Of a stretch of 64,000 nt of DNA, positions 1 through 10,607 are shown one piece after another. Origin of the DNA: Candidatus Poribacteria bacterium. GTDB lineage: Bacteria; Poribacteria; WGA-4E; WGA-3G. Position numbers and translations under genes: made by a program. The stretch covers positions 1,792,001 to 1,856,000 of the forward strand of contig OZ242029.1 of assembly GCA_965205015.1 (NCBI GenBank), in the 5' to 3' direction. How positions within the stretch are numbered: position 1 is the first letter of the stretch; every line of letters starts with the position of its first letter. The notes beneath the pieces were generated by a model. It was not told the origin of the DNA. It was given only the letters and a program-made list of their open reading frames with translations, and made no database searches.

Positions 1-2412
1 GCAGTCGGGGGTGTCGATCTTGAATAATCGCTTGTGCCTCCGCTTCAAAGTGAAACCCAGCGAATAGCAGGACATCATAAATTCGCCTCGCTTCTCGTAA
101 ACAGTCTTCTACCTGTAAAGCGGTTACGGGCCCGTGTTGTGGTCCGAACACGATCCCCACCTCTCGCTCGTCATTTTCAAATTGCCCTTCCGCGTGAAAA
201 ACCTCATCTTCAAGTCGGTCTAAACGCGCGAACTTCTTTTTTTTGTTTTCAAAGTCAACACCGGTTGTTTTGAGCAGGGCATACATCTGTTCCAGATGTG
301 CCGCAGCGTTCGCAGGCTCTGTGTCTAATGCAATAGGTGTTGCGTCACTATCCAGCGATTGTGCTGGCGGTTGTACAGATTCTACTGTAAAAGGACCACT
401 CACCCGCAGGAGATTTTTCTCAATCTCCGGTTGGTCTACTAATTCTTCTTGTTTCGCGGATTCAGCGATGCATGTATTCACTTCGTCCATTTTTGCCCGC
501 CATGCTTTCCGGTATACCAATAACGCTTCTTGCAGTGCTTCGGGCCACACTTCATCAACGTCAAACGGGACTTCCCACTCTTCCCAGGCTGTTTCTGGCA
601 GACTCCAACGCCTCTTATCCGCATCTGTAAGTTCGCTTTTCTTTTTAGTCGCTAATTTCCGTTGGAGTTCTTGCCGGATCGCGGGAGTGACCTGTTTCAG
701 TGCTGCGTTAAGTTTTGCCAATTTTGCAGACAGTATCGGCGCATGTTTCGCAAAGATTGGGTCAAGTGCCACGTTGTTTGCGATGTCGTTTGGCTTGATA
801 TGTGGAGCCATTTTGAACCTAAAACCGCCCTCGACTCCCTTTGGTTCATTTTTGAGTTTGTAGTAGTCATAGTTGGCGGTGAGGAGCCGAGTACGGGCAA
901 GTGTAATCGCAATCCGTGAAGTATCAATTGTTATCCAGCGTCTACCCCATTGCTCAGCGATGTATGCAGTGGTCCCGCTACCGCATGTTGGATCGATTAT
1001 CAGATCACCAGGATCTGTGCTCATTAACATACAACGTTGAATAACGGTTTTGTTCGTTTGGACAACATATATTCTATTTTGCTCTGACATTTGTGCAGTC
1101 CAAAGGTTATTTAGTTTCATATAGGAAAAGTCAGAAATGTAGGCTTTATAACGGATGGTGGTCTTGTGGGCAATTATCCGATCAGCTTTTGAGAATCGCT
1201 CTATTCCATCAAGTGTACACCGCCAACCTCCTTTTCGCCTTGATGGTTCATATTTTTTTTTGCGAAATATAAAAGGCTGTTGAGGATTTGCTCCTCCACC
1301 TAAAGATAGACTTTCGATGAATTTAGCCCCTTCAGGCAAATGCTCTCCAGAAGAGGTGGAAATTATTTCCCCACTCAGCAGTTGCGCGTTTGAAAATTTC
1401 TTCTTATCAATATCTTTTTCTGTATACAGGGGCCGGAACTTCAACTGTTCTCGATCCTTGGCATACCAGAGGATAAAGTCGTTCAACGTTGATAGGTACT
1501 TACTTTGGGTGTTACTCCGTGTTTTGAAGATAATTTCGGCCACAAAATTTTCGGGGCCGAACACTTCGTCGAGCAAGCAGCGAACCCGGTGGACGTTATC
1601 CTCTCCAATTTGCATAAAGATGCTTCCCGAGTCCTTGAGCAGTTCACGGGAAGTGATGATTCGTTTTTGCAGGTAGGAGAGGTAGGAATGGATACCGAGT
1701 TTCCATGTGTCGCGATATGCCTTAACTTGTTCTATTTCTCGTGTGAGATGTTTATCGCCTTCTTTACCTCTTGTGTCAACAACATCCGGTTGAAAATTAG
1801 AACGGAAGTTAATCCCGTAGGGCGGATCGATGTAAATCATCTGGACCTGTCCTGCCAAGCCTTCACGATTGGCGAGTGAGTCCATCACCTGCAGGCTATC
1901 GCCGAGGATAAGACGGTTAGCCCACGGGACCTCGTGTTCATAAAATTGCACGGCATCCCGATATTTCTGCTGCGGATCGGCGAAGAGATCGCGTTGGATA
2001 TCGTTACGTTTGGCGGTTTCAAGGATGGCTTGCGCACTCAAACGTTCGTGGATAAAGAGCGGTACTGGATCAACAGTAAAGGATTCACCTTCCTCGCGTT
2101 TATTTGCCCATTCTAACCACGGTTGGGCATGAAGCGCGTCAGAAATCCGCTGGACTTCGTCAGCTGTCAGCGGTTCTTTTTCTGCTTTAGTTAATATGCT
2201 TAATATTTGTGGAGTGGGGGGGCAGATGTGTTGTCTGTAGAATCGAAGCGGAGTGTAGGTTGGAGGTGTGGATTGTAGTAATAGGTCGTCCGTGACATTT
2301 CGGTAATATCTCCATCGGAGCCGAGCCCGACAGCTGGATTATTGGTTCGCGTTTCCGTTCCGTGTTGGTATGGTTGTGTTTGTGCGCGATTCTGTCTGGG
2401 GTTTCGTGCCAT
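1..2412 (-). pseudogene. Type III Mod-like beta-class N6-adenine DNA methyltransferase, frameshifted at C7 tract (2216-2222); 3' end beyond left edge
   Basis: ATG at 2412 with GAGG RBS gives MARNPRQ...YNPHLQPTLRFDST, which stops at 2200. The -1 frame from 2215 gives ...WLEWANKREE...NRLILGDSLQVM...MIYIDPPYG (motif IV, ~1830)...TDPGDLIIDPTCGSGTTAY (motif I, ~1000)...GFHFEAEAQ (~58). These three spot-checked segments are in the same frame; it is absent from the ORF track, consistent with no stop in the window. Confidence 0.85.
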
Positions 2413-2456
2413 GGTTATCGGGCCTCTCGTTTTCTTTCCGGTTCTCAATTGTGAAA

Positions 2457-2492
2457 TGTTGGGTTTCACGGCAAGCGTTCAACCCAACATAC
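2457..2492. repeat. REP-like half element (GTTGGGTTTC...CGTTCAACCCAACATAC), same family as 5924-6142
   Basis: Direct sequence similarity to the right arm of 5924-6142. Confidence 0.6.
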
Positions 2493-2620
2493 AATTTCGG
2501 AGCGTGTTCAATCCAAAATTGGATATCCGTTTGTAACATGGGATTTAGTTTCTATAATGACGGGTGATACGTCGCCCTACTACGAACGAGACTACCCATA
2601 ATTTCAGGATGGACAGTCCA

Positions 2621-3400
2621 TTAGTATTCAGCCTTAATCGCTGCCCACGTCGTGCTCAATTTTTCGGCAGGATCAACGGCAAATAAAACACCGTCATTCA
2701 TATCGGCGTTAATCTCGTCCTCACTCAAGGCGCGCGTATAGAAGGCGAACTCATCAATAAACCCGTTTAGGTATTGAATATCTGCCTCATTGTCTTTACC
2801 GAGGACTATGGCACCTGTTGGTGCCGCAAAGATCGAGACTTTTCCACTCCAATCCGTTTCACCCACCACTTTGCCATTAAAATAGGATTTCTGGACTTTG
2901 CCGTCATACGTGCCGGCAATATGCACCCACTTTTTGACTGGGAGTTCTGGAATCGGTGTCCGATGTTCCGTGTTTTTGGTGTCGTAGATATAAAACACCA
3001 TGTTCCCCGTCCCTTCAATGAAGGTTTCGGCGGGCCATGCACCTGCGGCATTCAAGGCTTCCCAAACTTGCTGCGTCTCGCCGGTGATTGCAGTGAGCAT
3101 CACCCAATGCTCCACTGTCATCGCCGTTAACTCGGTATCAGTGAGACCCGGGACTTCTTGTGGGCTTTTGATAGCACTGCCGCCGTCAAACTCCATCGCG
3201 CCACCGTGTTTGCCATCTTTGCTCCAATCCGCATTTGAGACTTCAGCATCAAACCCGTTACCGGTGTCGTCTGCCACCTCTTTGCCATCTTTGTCGAAGG
3301 AATAGTAGATTATCAGGTCTGCGTCATTCCGAATCGCTTCAACGTTCATAGAAAGCGCGAGGATCGCGCCAAAAGCTAACCAAAATACTAACAATTTCAT
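2621..3400 (-). CDS. Secreted LamG/concanavalin-like domain protein with C-terminal VDPxxKLSTTWAAIK tail
   Basis: Signal peptide; LIIYYSFD, GKHGGAMEFDG, WVHIAGTYDG, GFIDEFAFYTRALS; GGAGG RBS. Confidence 0.85.
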   Translation of the reverse strand: MKLLVFWLAFGAILALSMNVEAIRNDADLIIYYSFDKDGKEVADDTGNGFDAEVSNADWSKDGKHGGAMEFDGGSAIKSPQEVPGLTDTELTAMTVEHWVMLTAITGETQQVWEALNAAGAWPAETFIEGTGNMVFYIYDTKNTEHRTPIPELPVKKWVHIAGTYDGKVQKSYFNGKVVGETDWSGKVSIFAAPTGAIVLGKDNEADIQYLNGFIDEFAFYTRALSEDEINADMNDGVLFAVDPAEKLSTTWAAIKAEY

Positions 3401-3427
3401 GATAACCTCCTTGTCTGTATATTAGAA

Positions 3428-3457
3428 GAAAGGCTGGTGCCTAAGCCCCAGCCTTTC
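3428..3457. terminator. Intergenic hairpin between the LamG genes
   Basis: GAAAGGCTGG-N10-CCAGCCTTTC. Confidence 0.5.
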
Positions 3458-3494
3458 CGAAACTTAGCACAGAATTAGGTGATTCGTTTACAGA

Positions 3495-4280
3495 TTATCT
3501 GTTCGATTTGATATTCGCCCAGGTCGTGGCGAGTTTCCCTTGCGGTTCTACTGGCGTCAGGAATGATTCAGCGTTTTGATCCATGCTCGCTTTGATCTCG
3601 TCGGCTGAGAGGACGCGATCCCACAGTCGAACTTCGTCAACGCTCCCCGGCCACGCTTCACCGCCCCAAGTGCCGATCGTCACCGCACTCGTATTTTGCG
3701 CTGGTGCAACCGGATTTCCCGACTCTTCTGAGTATGTTACCTCACCATCTACATAAATCTCCACTAAGCCGTTGCTATCATCTGTGTGAGTGTAGGCGAG
3801 ATAATACCACTTGCCTGTTTCCAGTTCTGTTTCGTTATCGTTGATGTCCTTGAATCCACCGGCTGCGCCGTTGGTCCAGACTTTGATGCCATTCGCTGGA
3901 TTCATACCAAACCCGAAACCGATGTGTCGAGTCGCACCGCCCTGCCGAGTCCCGAAGATAATCGCGTGTGCACTCGGTAACCTGTCCAGCTGGACCCATG
4001 CGGCTTGCGTGATCGCACCTTCAAGATGAAAAGCGGCATCATCTTCAATGAGGACGTGATCGGCAGCAGCCCCAAATTGGAGGGCTTTGCCGTGCTGCCC
4101 GTCGATCCATTTCGCGCCGCCCTGTACTTCACCTTCAAAGCCGTTTGCGGAGAAGTCTTGTGTCGCGGTCCCAGAGCCTTCATCGAGCGGCATGTATAGG
4201 ACAAGCCCCTCCATTAAGTCAGCGTGCGAAAATGCCGCACATAAGAGTAAACAGAACGTGAGTATTGAAAAGATTTTCAT
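3495..4280 (-). CDS. Secreted LamG/concanavalin-like domain protein with C-terminal VEPxGKLATTWANIK tail
   Basis: Signal peptide; LVLYMPLDEGSG, GQHGKALQF, WYYLAYT, GSVDEVRLWDRVLS; AGGAGG RBS. Confidence 0.85.
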   Translation of the reverse strand: MKIFSILTFCLLLCAAFSHADLMEGLVLYMPLDEGSGTATQDFSANGFEGEVQGGAKWIDGQHGKALQFGAAADHVLIEDDAAFHLEGAITQAAWVQLDRLPSAHAIIFGTRQGGATRHIGFGFGMNPANGIKVWTNGAAGGFKDINDNETELETGKWYYLAYTHTDDSNGLVEIYVDGEVTYSEESGNPVAPAQNTSAVTIGTWGGEAWPGSVDEVRLWDRVLSADEIKASMDQNAESFLTPVEPQGKLATTWANIKSNR

Positions 4281-4340
4281 GTATCCTCCTGAATTGAAAA
4301 GTAAACAGTTTGAATTTAATATTGAAATTGGCTTTGCAAC

Positions 4341-4553
4341 TCAAAAAAAACTTTTGAGAAGTGCTACCAGTGCTATAGTTGTCGGGACAATCCACGCCGC
4401 ATGTTTCCAGAAACGTGCTGAAAACGCTTGTTGCCCACGCTGGTAATTTAGCAACTCCAATGCCTTATCTAACTTCTCTTGAATATCGCGAACATCGCGT
4501 TCAAGTCGTTCAAATCGTTGGTCTAAAACCTCTCTTAATTCCTGAACTGTCAT
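4341..4553 (-). CDS. Small coiled-coil protein with C-terminal TM helix (XhlA-like architecture)
   Basis: AGGAG RBS; heptad-like LDQRFERLERDVRDIQEKLD followed by hydrophobic C-terminus. Confidence 0.6.
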   Translation of the reverse strand: MTVQELREVLDQRFERLERDVRDIQEKLDKALELLNYQRGQQAFSARFWKHAAWIVPTTIALVALLKSFF

Positions 4554-4735
4554 CGTTTTTCTCCTGCGGCTTGTATTGTGTCTGTCTCTTTTCTGTCCAT
4601 GCGATTGTTTTGTTGGTGCTGTGTCGGTGTTCCTTCCTTATATTTTCTATGTTTTTTATTGTTAGATGCTGTTAACATTATGCCACAGAATGCTATACTG
4701 GGTCAATGAAAAAACATTACTCATCGGAATATGTA

Positions 4736-5893
4736 CTAAGGCGATACAGATGTCGCACAACGGAATCCAAGGGCACCGATGCCAGCATACGCTGGACTTG
4801 TCCCGTGACGATTCGCCGCACGCAGCCACTCAGGATTACTGTTCCATCCGCCTCCCCGCAACACGCGAAAATCTGCAATATTCTCGAAATCGTTGACGAT
4901 CTCTTCGATAGTATTCGCGCCTGCCGTGGGATTTTGACGTGGGGAGTTGGCGTAGAAGTCAGCCTCATATCCGTCGAGACACCATTCCCACACGTTTCCC
5001 GCGATGTCATATACACCATAGTCGTTCGGAGGGTAATCGCCGATAGGGGTTGTCTCGCCGAGATGCTTACCGTAATTTGCTCTGTTCAAATTGATGCCAT
5101 TGCCCCACGGATACTGTTTTTTGTCTAATCCACCGCGTGCCGCTTTCTCCCATTCCGCTTCTGTCGGTAAGCGTTTGTCTACCCACACGGCGTAAGCCAT
5201 CGCTGCGTACCAACTCACATAGCGAACGGGATGCTCCCGTTCACCGAGAGGATGGTTATTCCCGTTCCAATCGTTTAGGTAATTAGCATCGGCGAATTTA
5301 TCGTCAATGCGATCTTTTTGCCATCTCGGGTTCGCGAGGACGAAATCCTTAAATTCTCCATTGGTTACCTCGTTTGCGTCTATATAAAACGCATCAAGAT
5401 GGACGGTGTGAACTGGCTGTTCATCATCATCGGCACCGCCATCATTACTACCCATCTTAAACTCGCCTTCTGGAATCAATACCATTCCATCTGGAATAAT
5501 GGGTTCAGGTTCAAGGATAGGTTCCTGTTCAACTTCGGGAGTTGGTTCAGTCGTCCCTATTTTAGGTGTTGTGACGATGTAGGTGAGTGTTTGCGCCCCA
5601 TCTTCCCAAGTAATTGTTAGGGGCAGTGGACCCGGGTTGAAAGGTCCTGCGATTGTAACCGTTGTTCCTGCTGTTTTAACAATACCTATATTCACTGATA
5701 CGCTTCCGGGAATAGCGTCAAAAGTAACAGTAATAATTCCGTTTACGTCGAGAGTACTCCCATCTGCTGGCTCCGCACGCACCAGTCCAACTGGTGTAAT
5801 TTCGTCACCATCTTCACGCGTTCCGCAACTCACGATATAAATAGCGGACAGACCTATAAGGGCAAAGCCGAGCAGTTTAAATGATTTTTTCAC
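4736..5893 (-). CDS. Lipoprotein with Ig-like region and formylglycine-generating enzyme (SUMF1/FGE-sulfatase) domain
   Basis: Likely GTG start 5893; lipobox IVSC; motifs MVLIPEGEFKMGS, EVTN, RLPTEAEWEKAARGG, GNVWEW, RVLRGGGW, GFRC. Confidence 0.85.
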   Translation of the reverse strand: MKKSFKLLGFALIGLSAIYIVSCGTREDGDEITPVGLVRAEPADGSTLDVNGIITVTFDAIPGSVSVNIGIVKTAGTTVTIAGPFNPGPLPLTITWEDGAQTLTYIVTTPKIGTTEPTPEVEQEPILEPEPIIPDGMVLIPEGEFKMGSNDGGADDDEQPVHTVHLDAFYIDANEVTNGEFKDFVLANPRWQKDRIDDKFADANYLNDWNGNNHPLGEREHPVRYVSWYAAMAYAVWVDKRLPTEAEWEKAARGGLDKKQYPWGNGINLNRANYGKHLGETTPIGDYPPNDYGVYDIAGNVWEWCLDGYEADFYANSPRQNPTAGANTIEEIVNDFENIADFRVLRGGGWNSNPEWLRAANRHGTSPAYAGIGALGFRCATSVSP

Positions 5894-5923
5894 CAATTCT
5901 TTCCTTCTGTTTTCCAATTTCTT

Positions 5924-6142
5924 GTAGGTTGGGTTGAACGGAACTTCACCAGAACCCCTCAATTCCCCGACAGCCTCGGGCATACAAAAACACATTAGTG
6001 TCCCAACGCCGTAGTGAAACTCAACGAAAGCATCAATAAAGTTGGGTTTCGCTGCCTTTCTCTGATACGGTAGAGCTCATCCAAGCTTAAAGGTTTCTTG
6101 GGTATATCCCGAGCTGAGTCGATTCCGCTCAACCCAACCTAC
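5924..6142. repeat. REPIN-like element with GTAG-type inverted ends
   Basis: GTAGGTTGGGTTGAACGG (5924) and CCGCTCAACCCAACCTAC (6125-6142), with inner arms GAAACTCAAC / GTTGGGTTTC. Confidence 0.75.
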
Positions 6143-6171
6143 GTTCAGCTATGCCACAATCTTTACACCCT

Positions 6172-7509
6172 TTAGTAGACTTCCAGGTAGTTGTCAATCT
6201 CCCATTCGCTGACGCTCAAATGGTAGTTCCGCCATTCCTTGCGTTTAACCTGAATGTAATAGTCGGCGTACTCCATTCCGAGTGCATTCTTGATGACTTC
6301 ATCTTTGTTGAGGGCCTCTGCTGCTTCGCCAAGTGTTGCGGGGAGCGAACCGATACCGCGCTGCTGCAGTTCGTCCTCCGGCACTTCATAAAGGTTATCC
6401 TCATTTTGCGTGCCTGGATCGATCCGATTCTCGATGCCGTCCAAACCAGCGGCAAGCAGAACCGTCGCCGCAAGGTAAGGATTCGCCGCGCCATCACCTA
6501 ATCGGTTCTCAATCCGTCCAGGAGCAGGAATCCGAATCATTTGTGTTCGATTGTTTGCCCCATAGGTGACGTAAACGGGTGCCCACGATGAACCGGAACG
6601 CGGGGGTCTGCGAACTAAACGTTTGTAACTGTTCACAAGCGGATTCGTAACCGCCGTTACTGCTTTCGCATGTTTGAGAATACCTGCCGTAAACCAGTAA
6701 GCGAGTTGAGACAAACCGTTTCTATCCTTCTCATCCAAGAATAAATTCGTTTGATTTTCCTCATCCCAGAGGCTCATGTGGAAGTGGGCACCGTTTCCCG
6801 TCAAATTGGTAAACGGTTTCGGCATAAACGTTGCCAACAACCCCCGTTCCTCTGCGAGCGTTTTGACCATCCACTTGAAGAAGGTATGCCGATCCGCCGT
6901 CGTAAGGGCATCCGAATAGGTCCAATTCGCCTCGAACTGACACGTTCCATCCTCATGATCGTTTGCGTAAGGTTCCCACTCCAATTCTTGCATGTATTTA
7001 ATCAGGGTGGTCATCATATCAAGATTGCGATGGAGTGCCCTGAGGTCGTAGCACGGTTTATCCAACGTATCAAGTTTGTCCCATGGGGCATAGGAACCCG
7101 TCTCATCCTGTTTTAACAACATGAATTCTGCCTCTATGCCAACGTTGAAGATATAACCTTTTTCACGCGCTTTTTCCAATTGCCGCCGCAGGATGGTTCT
7201 CGGACAGTAGTGCCATGCTTCGCCTTCGACATACATATCTCCTGCAACCCACGCTATGTTTTTCCGCCACGGCACGATTGTCAGCGAGTTAAAGTCGGGG
7301 ATACTTGCCATCTCTGGGTCGTGGGGATATTGCCCGATCTCACCCGCAGCGAAACCACCGAACCCCGCACCCGCTTCTGCCATATCTTCAAGGTGTGTGG
7401 AGGGAATAACCTTTGCCTTCGGGGCACCGCTCATCTCTACGAAAGAGCAGAGAAAAAACTCAATACCGCTTTCTTCAACGAAACGTTTGACCTGATCTGG
7501 ATTCATCAA
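6172..7509 (-). CDS. glnT: Type III glutamate-ammonia ligase (GlnT / gamma-glutamylmethylamide synthetase GmaS family)
   Basis: GAGFGGFA, GIEAEF, KPCYD, NDHEDGTCQFE, ATFMPKPF, GNGAHFHMSLW, NNRTQMIRIP, DGAANPYL. Confidence 0.8.
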   Translation of the reverse strand: MMNPDQVKRFVEESGIEFFLCSFVEMSGAPKAKVIPSTHLEDMAEAGAGFGGFAAGEIGQYPHDPEMASIPDFNSLTIVPWRKNIAWVAGDMYVEGEAWHYCPRTILRRQLEKAREKGYIFNVGIEAEFMLLKQDETGSYAPWDKLDTLDKPCYDLRALHRNLDMMTTLIKYMQELEWEPYANDHEDGTCQFEANWTYSDALTTADRHTFFKWMVKTLAEERGLLATFMPKPFTNLTGNGAHFHMSLWDEENQTNLFLDEKDRNGLSQLAYWFTAGILKHAKAVTAVTNPLVNSYKRLVRRPPRSGSSWAPVYVTYGANNRTQMIRIPAPGRIENRLGDGAANPYLAATVLLAAGLDGIENRIDPGTQNEDNLYEVPEDELQQRGIGSLPATLGEAAEALNKDEVIKNALGMEYADYYIQVKRKEWRNYHLSVSEWEIDNYLEVY

Positions 7510-7687
7510 AATCTTCTCCGATGGTTCGCACCTCGGACATATAAATGAATTTCCTAAAAGTCTCTTTTATCGAGGTGCAACGCGACCCATATACTTTGTA
7601 TCAAAAATGCTATTCACAAATCGTGAAACATGATAGCATTATAACTGAAGTCGTGAAAAATTCAAGACTGAATCTTTTAACAGTAAT

Positions 7688-7778
7688 AGGACTTACGCAT
7701 TTTTCCATGAAAACCTATATTCTACACACTGCAGGCGGGGTTTGAAACCCCGTCTGCAAAAGGGGCTGCGTAAGTCCT
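7688..7778. repeat. MITE-like element: 12-bp inverted ends around an internal palindrome
   Basis: AGGACTTACGCA (7688-7699) / TGCGTAAGTCCT (7767-7778); inner GCAGGCGGGG-TTTGAAA-CCCCGTCTGC. Confidence 0.65.
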
Positions 7779-7810
7779 GAGTCGGTTTAGGGAACCTGCC
7801 CGTTACCGAA

Positions 7811-9370
7811 ATGGATAGAAGGAAAGCAATGACACTCTTTTCTCGTCTCTACACACTTCTACATAAAAGGGGAGCGCTTTTAATGGGTGCGCTAATTATC
7901 GTCTATCTACTACCGATATGGTTGTTCCCCTATTTTCCAACACAAGATGGCGTGAGTCATGTTTATAACTCGCAAATTTTGACGGAGTATAACAACGCGG
8001 AATATCAGTTTCGCGACTATTACGAGATTAACTGGTACCCTTTTCCGAACTGGCTTTCTCATTTTTCGTTAGCGGTGTTAATGTTCGTCTTCCCGCCTCT
8101 CATTGCTGAGAAAATTTTTCTGAGCCTCTATGTCATCCTGTTCCCGCTTGCAATCCACTATTTTCTCGAGGCTGTCCAACGTGGACGACAGCCGCTCGTA
8201 ATACTCAGTTTCACCTTTATCTACAACTATCTCTTTCTCATGGGGTTCTACAATTTTGCTGTCAGCGTGCCGCTCTTTTTCCTCGCCCTCGGTTACTGGT
8301 GGAAACACAAGGATGAGATGAACAGAACACGAATTATTCTGCTCAACCTGCTTATCGTTATTACCTATTTTGCACACCTCATCTCGTACGCTTTCATCCT
8401 GTTCTCTATAGCCTTGCTGGCACTGTTCCATTTCAAACGGGATCTCAGGCGAATTCTGATGACAGGATGTTATCTGCTACCTGCAGCCGTACTCATCCTT
8501 GTCTATCTCCCTACCTCTGATCTCCTTGCGGGAGCGCCTCCCGAATTTGGAATCGGACGGATCGGAGAGCTGTTCCGTAACCTCATCGGTATGCATGTGC
8601 TTGTTGCCTACGCCGAACCGCCGAATTGGATTTCTGCTGCGGTCTCCGTTCTCTTGCTTTTTCTTGCTGCCGTAACAATCTGGCAAAATAGGAAAGACCC
8701 CGAGGAAGGTCCCGTTGGACAGAGGACGTTTCTCTATCTTGCGGGTATACTGTTTGGACTCTATTTCATTTTGCCAAATTCTATAGGTCCCGGCGGCTGG
8801 GTGAATGACAGGCTCGCTATTTTGGCGGTCCTTGCTATATTTGCATGGTTCCGTGTTCTCGATCCTCTCCCATGGAGACGCGTATTTACAGCGATAGCCG
8901 TCCTACTCGCGCTCCTTAACATCCTCTATGTCGGCATTCTCTTCAAGAATCTTAACGCCGAGATACGCGAGTTTAACGCTTTTGTCCAACAGGTTGGGAA
9001 GAACAAAGTTATCCTTCCGCTTCACTTTGATCCGAGGGGCAGCTCTAAACGCGTGGGTATCTTTGTCAACGCTGCCAATTACTACTGCCTTGACAATGGG
9101 GGCATTAATCTCGGCAACTATGAGATACAGTTCGACTACTTTCCAATCCGATTCAACGCCGATTTTGAGACCCCATTAGACGAGAAGGAATGGGTACAAG
9201 TCGTGCACTGGGAGCCCGAAAGGATTGACCTCTGCGATTATGCTGACAATGTGGATTATCTATTGCTGTGGGACACGCCAGATGAACCTATTGTCGCCGA
9301 GGCGATTGAGGCGTGTTATACCTTGGTGGCATCTGAGGGAAAGTTGAAGTTATTTAAGGGACAGCGGTAA
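7811..9370 (+). CDS. Polytopic membrane protein, probable GT-C fold glycosyltransferase
   Basis: Many TM segments; first-loop PTQDGVSH, GFYNF, YFAHL; soluble C-terminal domain; start may be 7829. Confidence 0.6.
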   Translation: MDRRKAMTLFSRLYTLLHKRGALLMGALIIVYLLPIWLFPYFPTQDGVSHVYNSQILTEYNNAEYQFRDYYEINWYPFPNWLSHFSLAVLMFVFPPLIAEKIFLSLYVILFPLAIHYFLEAVQRGRQPLVILSFTFIYNYLFLMGFYNFAVSVPLFFLALGYWWKHKDEMNRTRIILLNLLIVITYFAHLISYAFILFSIALLALFHFKRDLRRILMTGCYLLPAAVLILVYLPTSDLLAGAPPEFGIGRIGELFRNLIGMHVLVAYAEPPNWISAAVSVLLLFLAAVTIWQNRKDPEEGPVGQRTFLYLAGILFGLYFILPNSIGPGGWVNDRLAILAVLAIFAWFRVLDPLPWRRVFTAIAVLLALLNILYVGILFKNLNAEIREFNAFVQQVGKNKVILPLHFDPRGSSKRVGIFVNAANYYCLDNGGINLGNYEIQFDYFPIRFNADFETPLDEKEWVQVVHWEPERIDLCDYADNVDYLLLWDTPDEPIVAEAIEACYTLVASEGKLKLFKGQR

Positions 9371-9394
9371 CGACGGTCTGAACTGGGATACGAC

Positions 9395-10600
9395 TCAATA
9401 CTGACCGCGAAGCGTAACAGTCGCGATGGTATGTGTGTAGTTAAGGAAATCAAGGAATGGATCTACCTCATTTGTACGGTTCTGGGTAACCTGATAATCA
9501 GCGTTGAGTGTTAGATATGGATTAAATCCCCAATTCAACTGCACATTCGCACCTATCTGTGTGTCCCGACGGTCTGGTGCGTTTTCTGGTATATTCCCGA
9601 GTTCATCCGGAATCTGTCTACCTTCAAAATGCACCCAGAGTCTGGAGAAGCGAAGCCGAAGCCATCTTCCCGTCTCAAGTCGATAAAAGGAACTTGCTGC
9701 GACTTCGGTGCTAACGAAGTTAAAGAAATCGGCGTTGGAACGGTTCAGAAATAGGTTAACCTCTTCTTGGAACACGAACCTGTCCATTGCGGCCTGTATC
9801 AGTTTTGCGGAACCTATGTGTCGCCAATCCTTCCGAGGTTTGTCGTCGTCAAGCCCTGTTATCCCTAAGATAAGATTATTCAGATTGGTTTGGTAGCTAC
9901 TCTGCTCTATTCCGTATTCCAGTTTGCCCAAGATCTGTTTAAAAATTCCAAATTGCAACCGTGTCGTTATATGATGGCTGGTAGAACCGACGAGCAGAAA
10001 ATCATCTCTTCGCGAGTCTTCATCGTCAAATCGGTGTAACCGCAGATTATATTCCAAAACGCGCCCAAAACGGAGACCGAATTGCCGTTCGGTGTTATTA
10101 TAGACGTTTGAAGTTCGCACGAGGCGTTGTAGTCGATGTGAGGTGACGAGAGGTGGTAAATTCGCAACGGGTTGGAAACTCACTTCAGTTAAGAATACAT
10201 CGCTAACCGCATTGAATTCGTTGAGTTTTCCGTCAGCACCGGTGTAGTTTTCAACTTGTGGCGCGTATTGCAACTTGAACCTAAGTTTATCGGTTACCGG
10301 TAAATCCCCGACCAGATTAACACCGAAACGGTTAATCATACCTTCAAGTTGTGGATCTTCTTTACCGACGAGCCCACTGGTATAACGGTCGAGGCTGAGA
10401 CCGAATTCAATGTGGTTGTTGAATGTATTAGAAAAGTGGGAGTCAATTGTAAGTGTCGCGGCATCGGTTTCAGGCGTTTCGGGTTCTCTTTCTAACAGGC
10501 TCTGCCCAAATTCAGATTGAAGTTGGGCTTGCACGCTGCTTACACCCAGTTGTATAAAGATGAGGAGGTATGTCACCAAAGAGAAAGCTACTTTTTTCAT
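9395..10600 (-). CDS. Exported hypothetical protein, probable outer-membrane beta-barrel
   Basis: Signal peptide; alternating amphipathic strands; C-terminal aromatic (LRGQY). Confidence 0.55.
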   Translation of the reverse strand: MKKVAFSLVTYLLIFIQLGVSSVQAQLQSEFGQSLLEREPETPETDAATLTIDSHFSNTFNNHIEFGLSLDRYTSGLVGKEDPQLEGMINRFGVNLVGDLPVTDKLRFKLQYAPQVENYTGADGKLNEFNAVSDVFLTEVSFQPVANLPPLVTSHRLQRLVRTSNVYNNTERQFGLRFGRVLEYNLRLHRFDDEDSRRDDFLLVGSTSHHITTRLQFGIFKQILGKLEYGIEQSSYQTNLNNLILGITGLDDDKPRKDWRHIGSAKLIQAAMDRFVFQEEVNLFLNRSNADFFNFVSTEVAASSFYRLETGRWLRLRFSRLWVHFEGRQIPDELGNIPENAPDRRDTQIGANVQLNWGFNPYLTLNADYQVTQNRTNEVDPFLDFLNYTHTIATVTLRGQY

Positions 10601-10607
10601 TTTTTAT

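Noticed and set aside
243-2116. Plus-strand ORFs (243-863, 1317-1676, 1505-1879 etc.)
   Set aside because: Antisense to the methyltransferase frame; no recognisable motifs.
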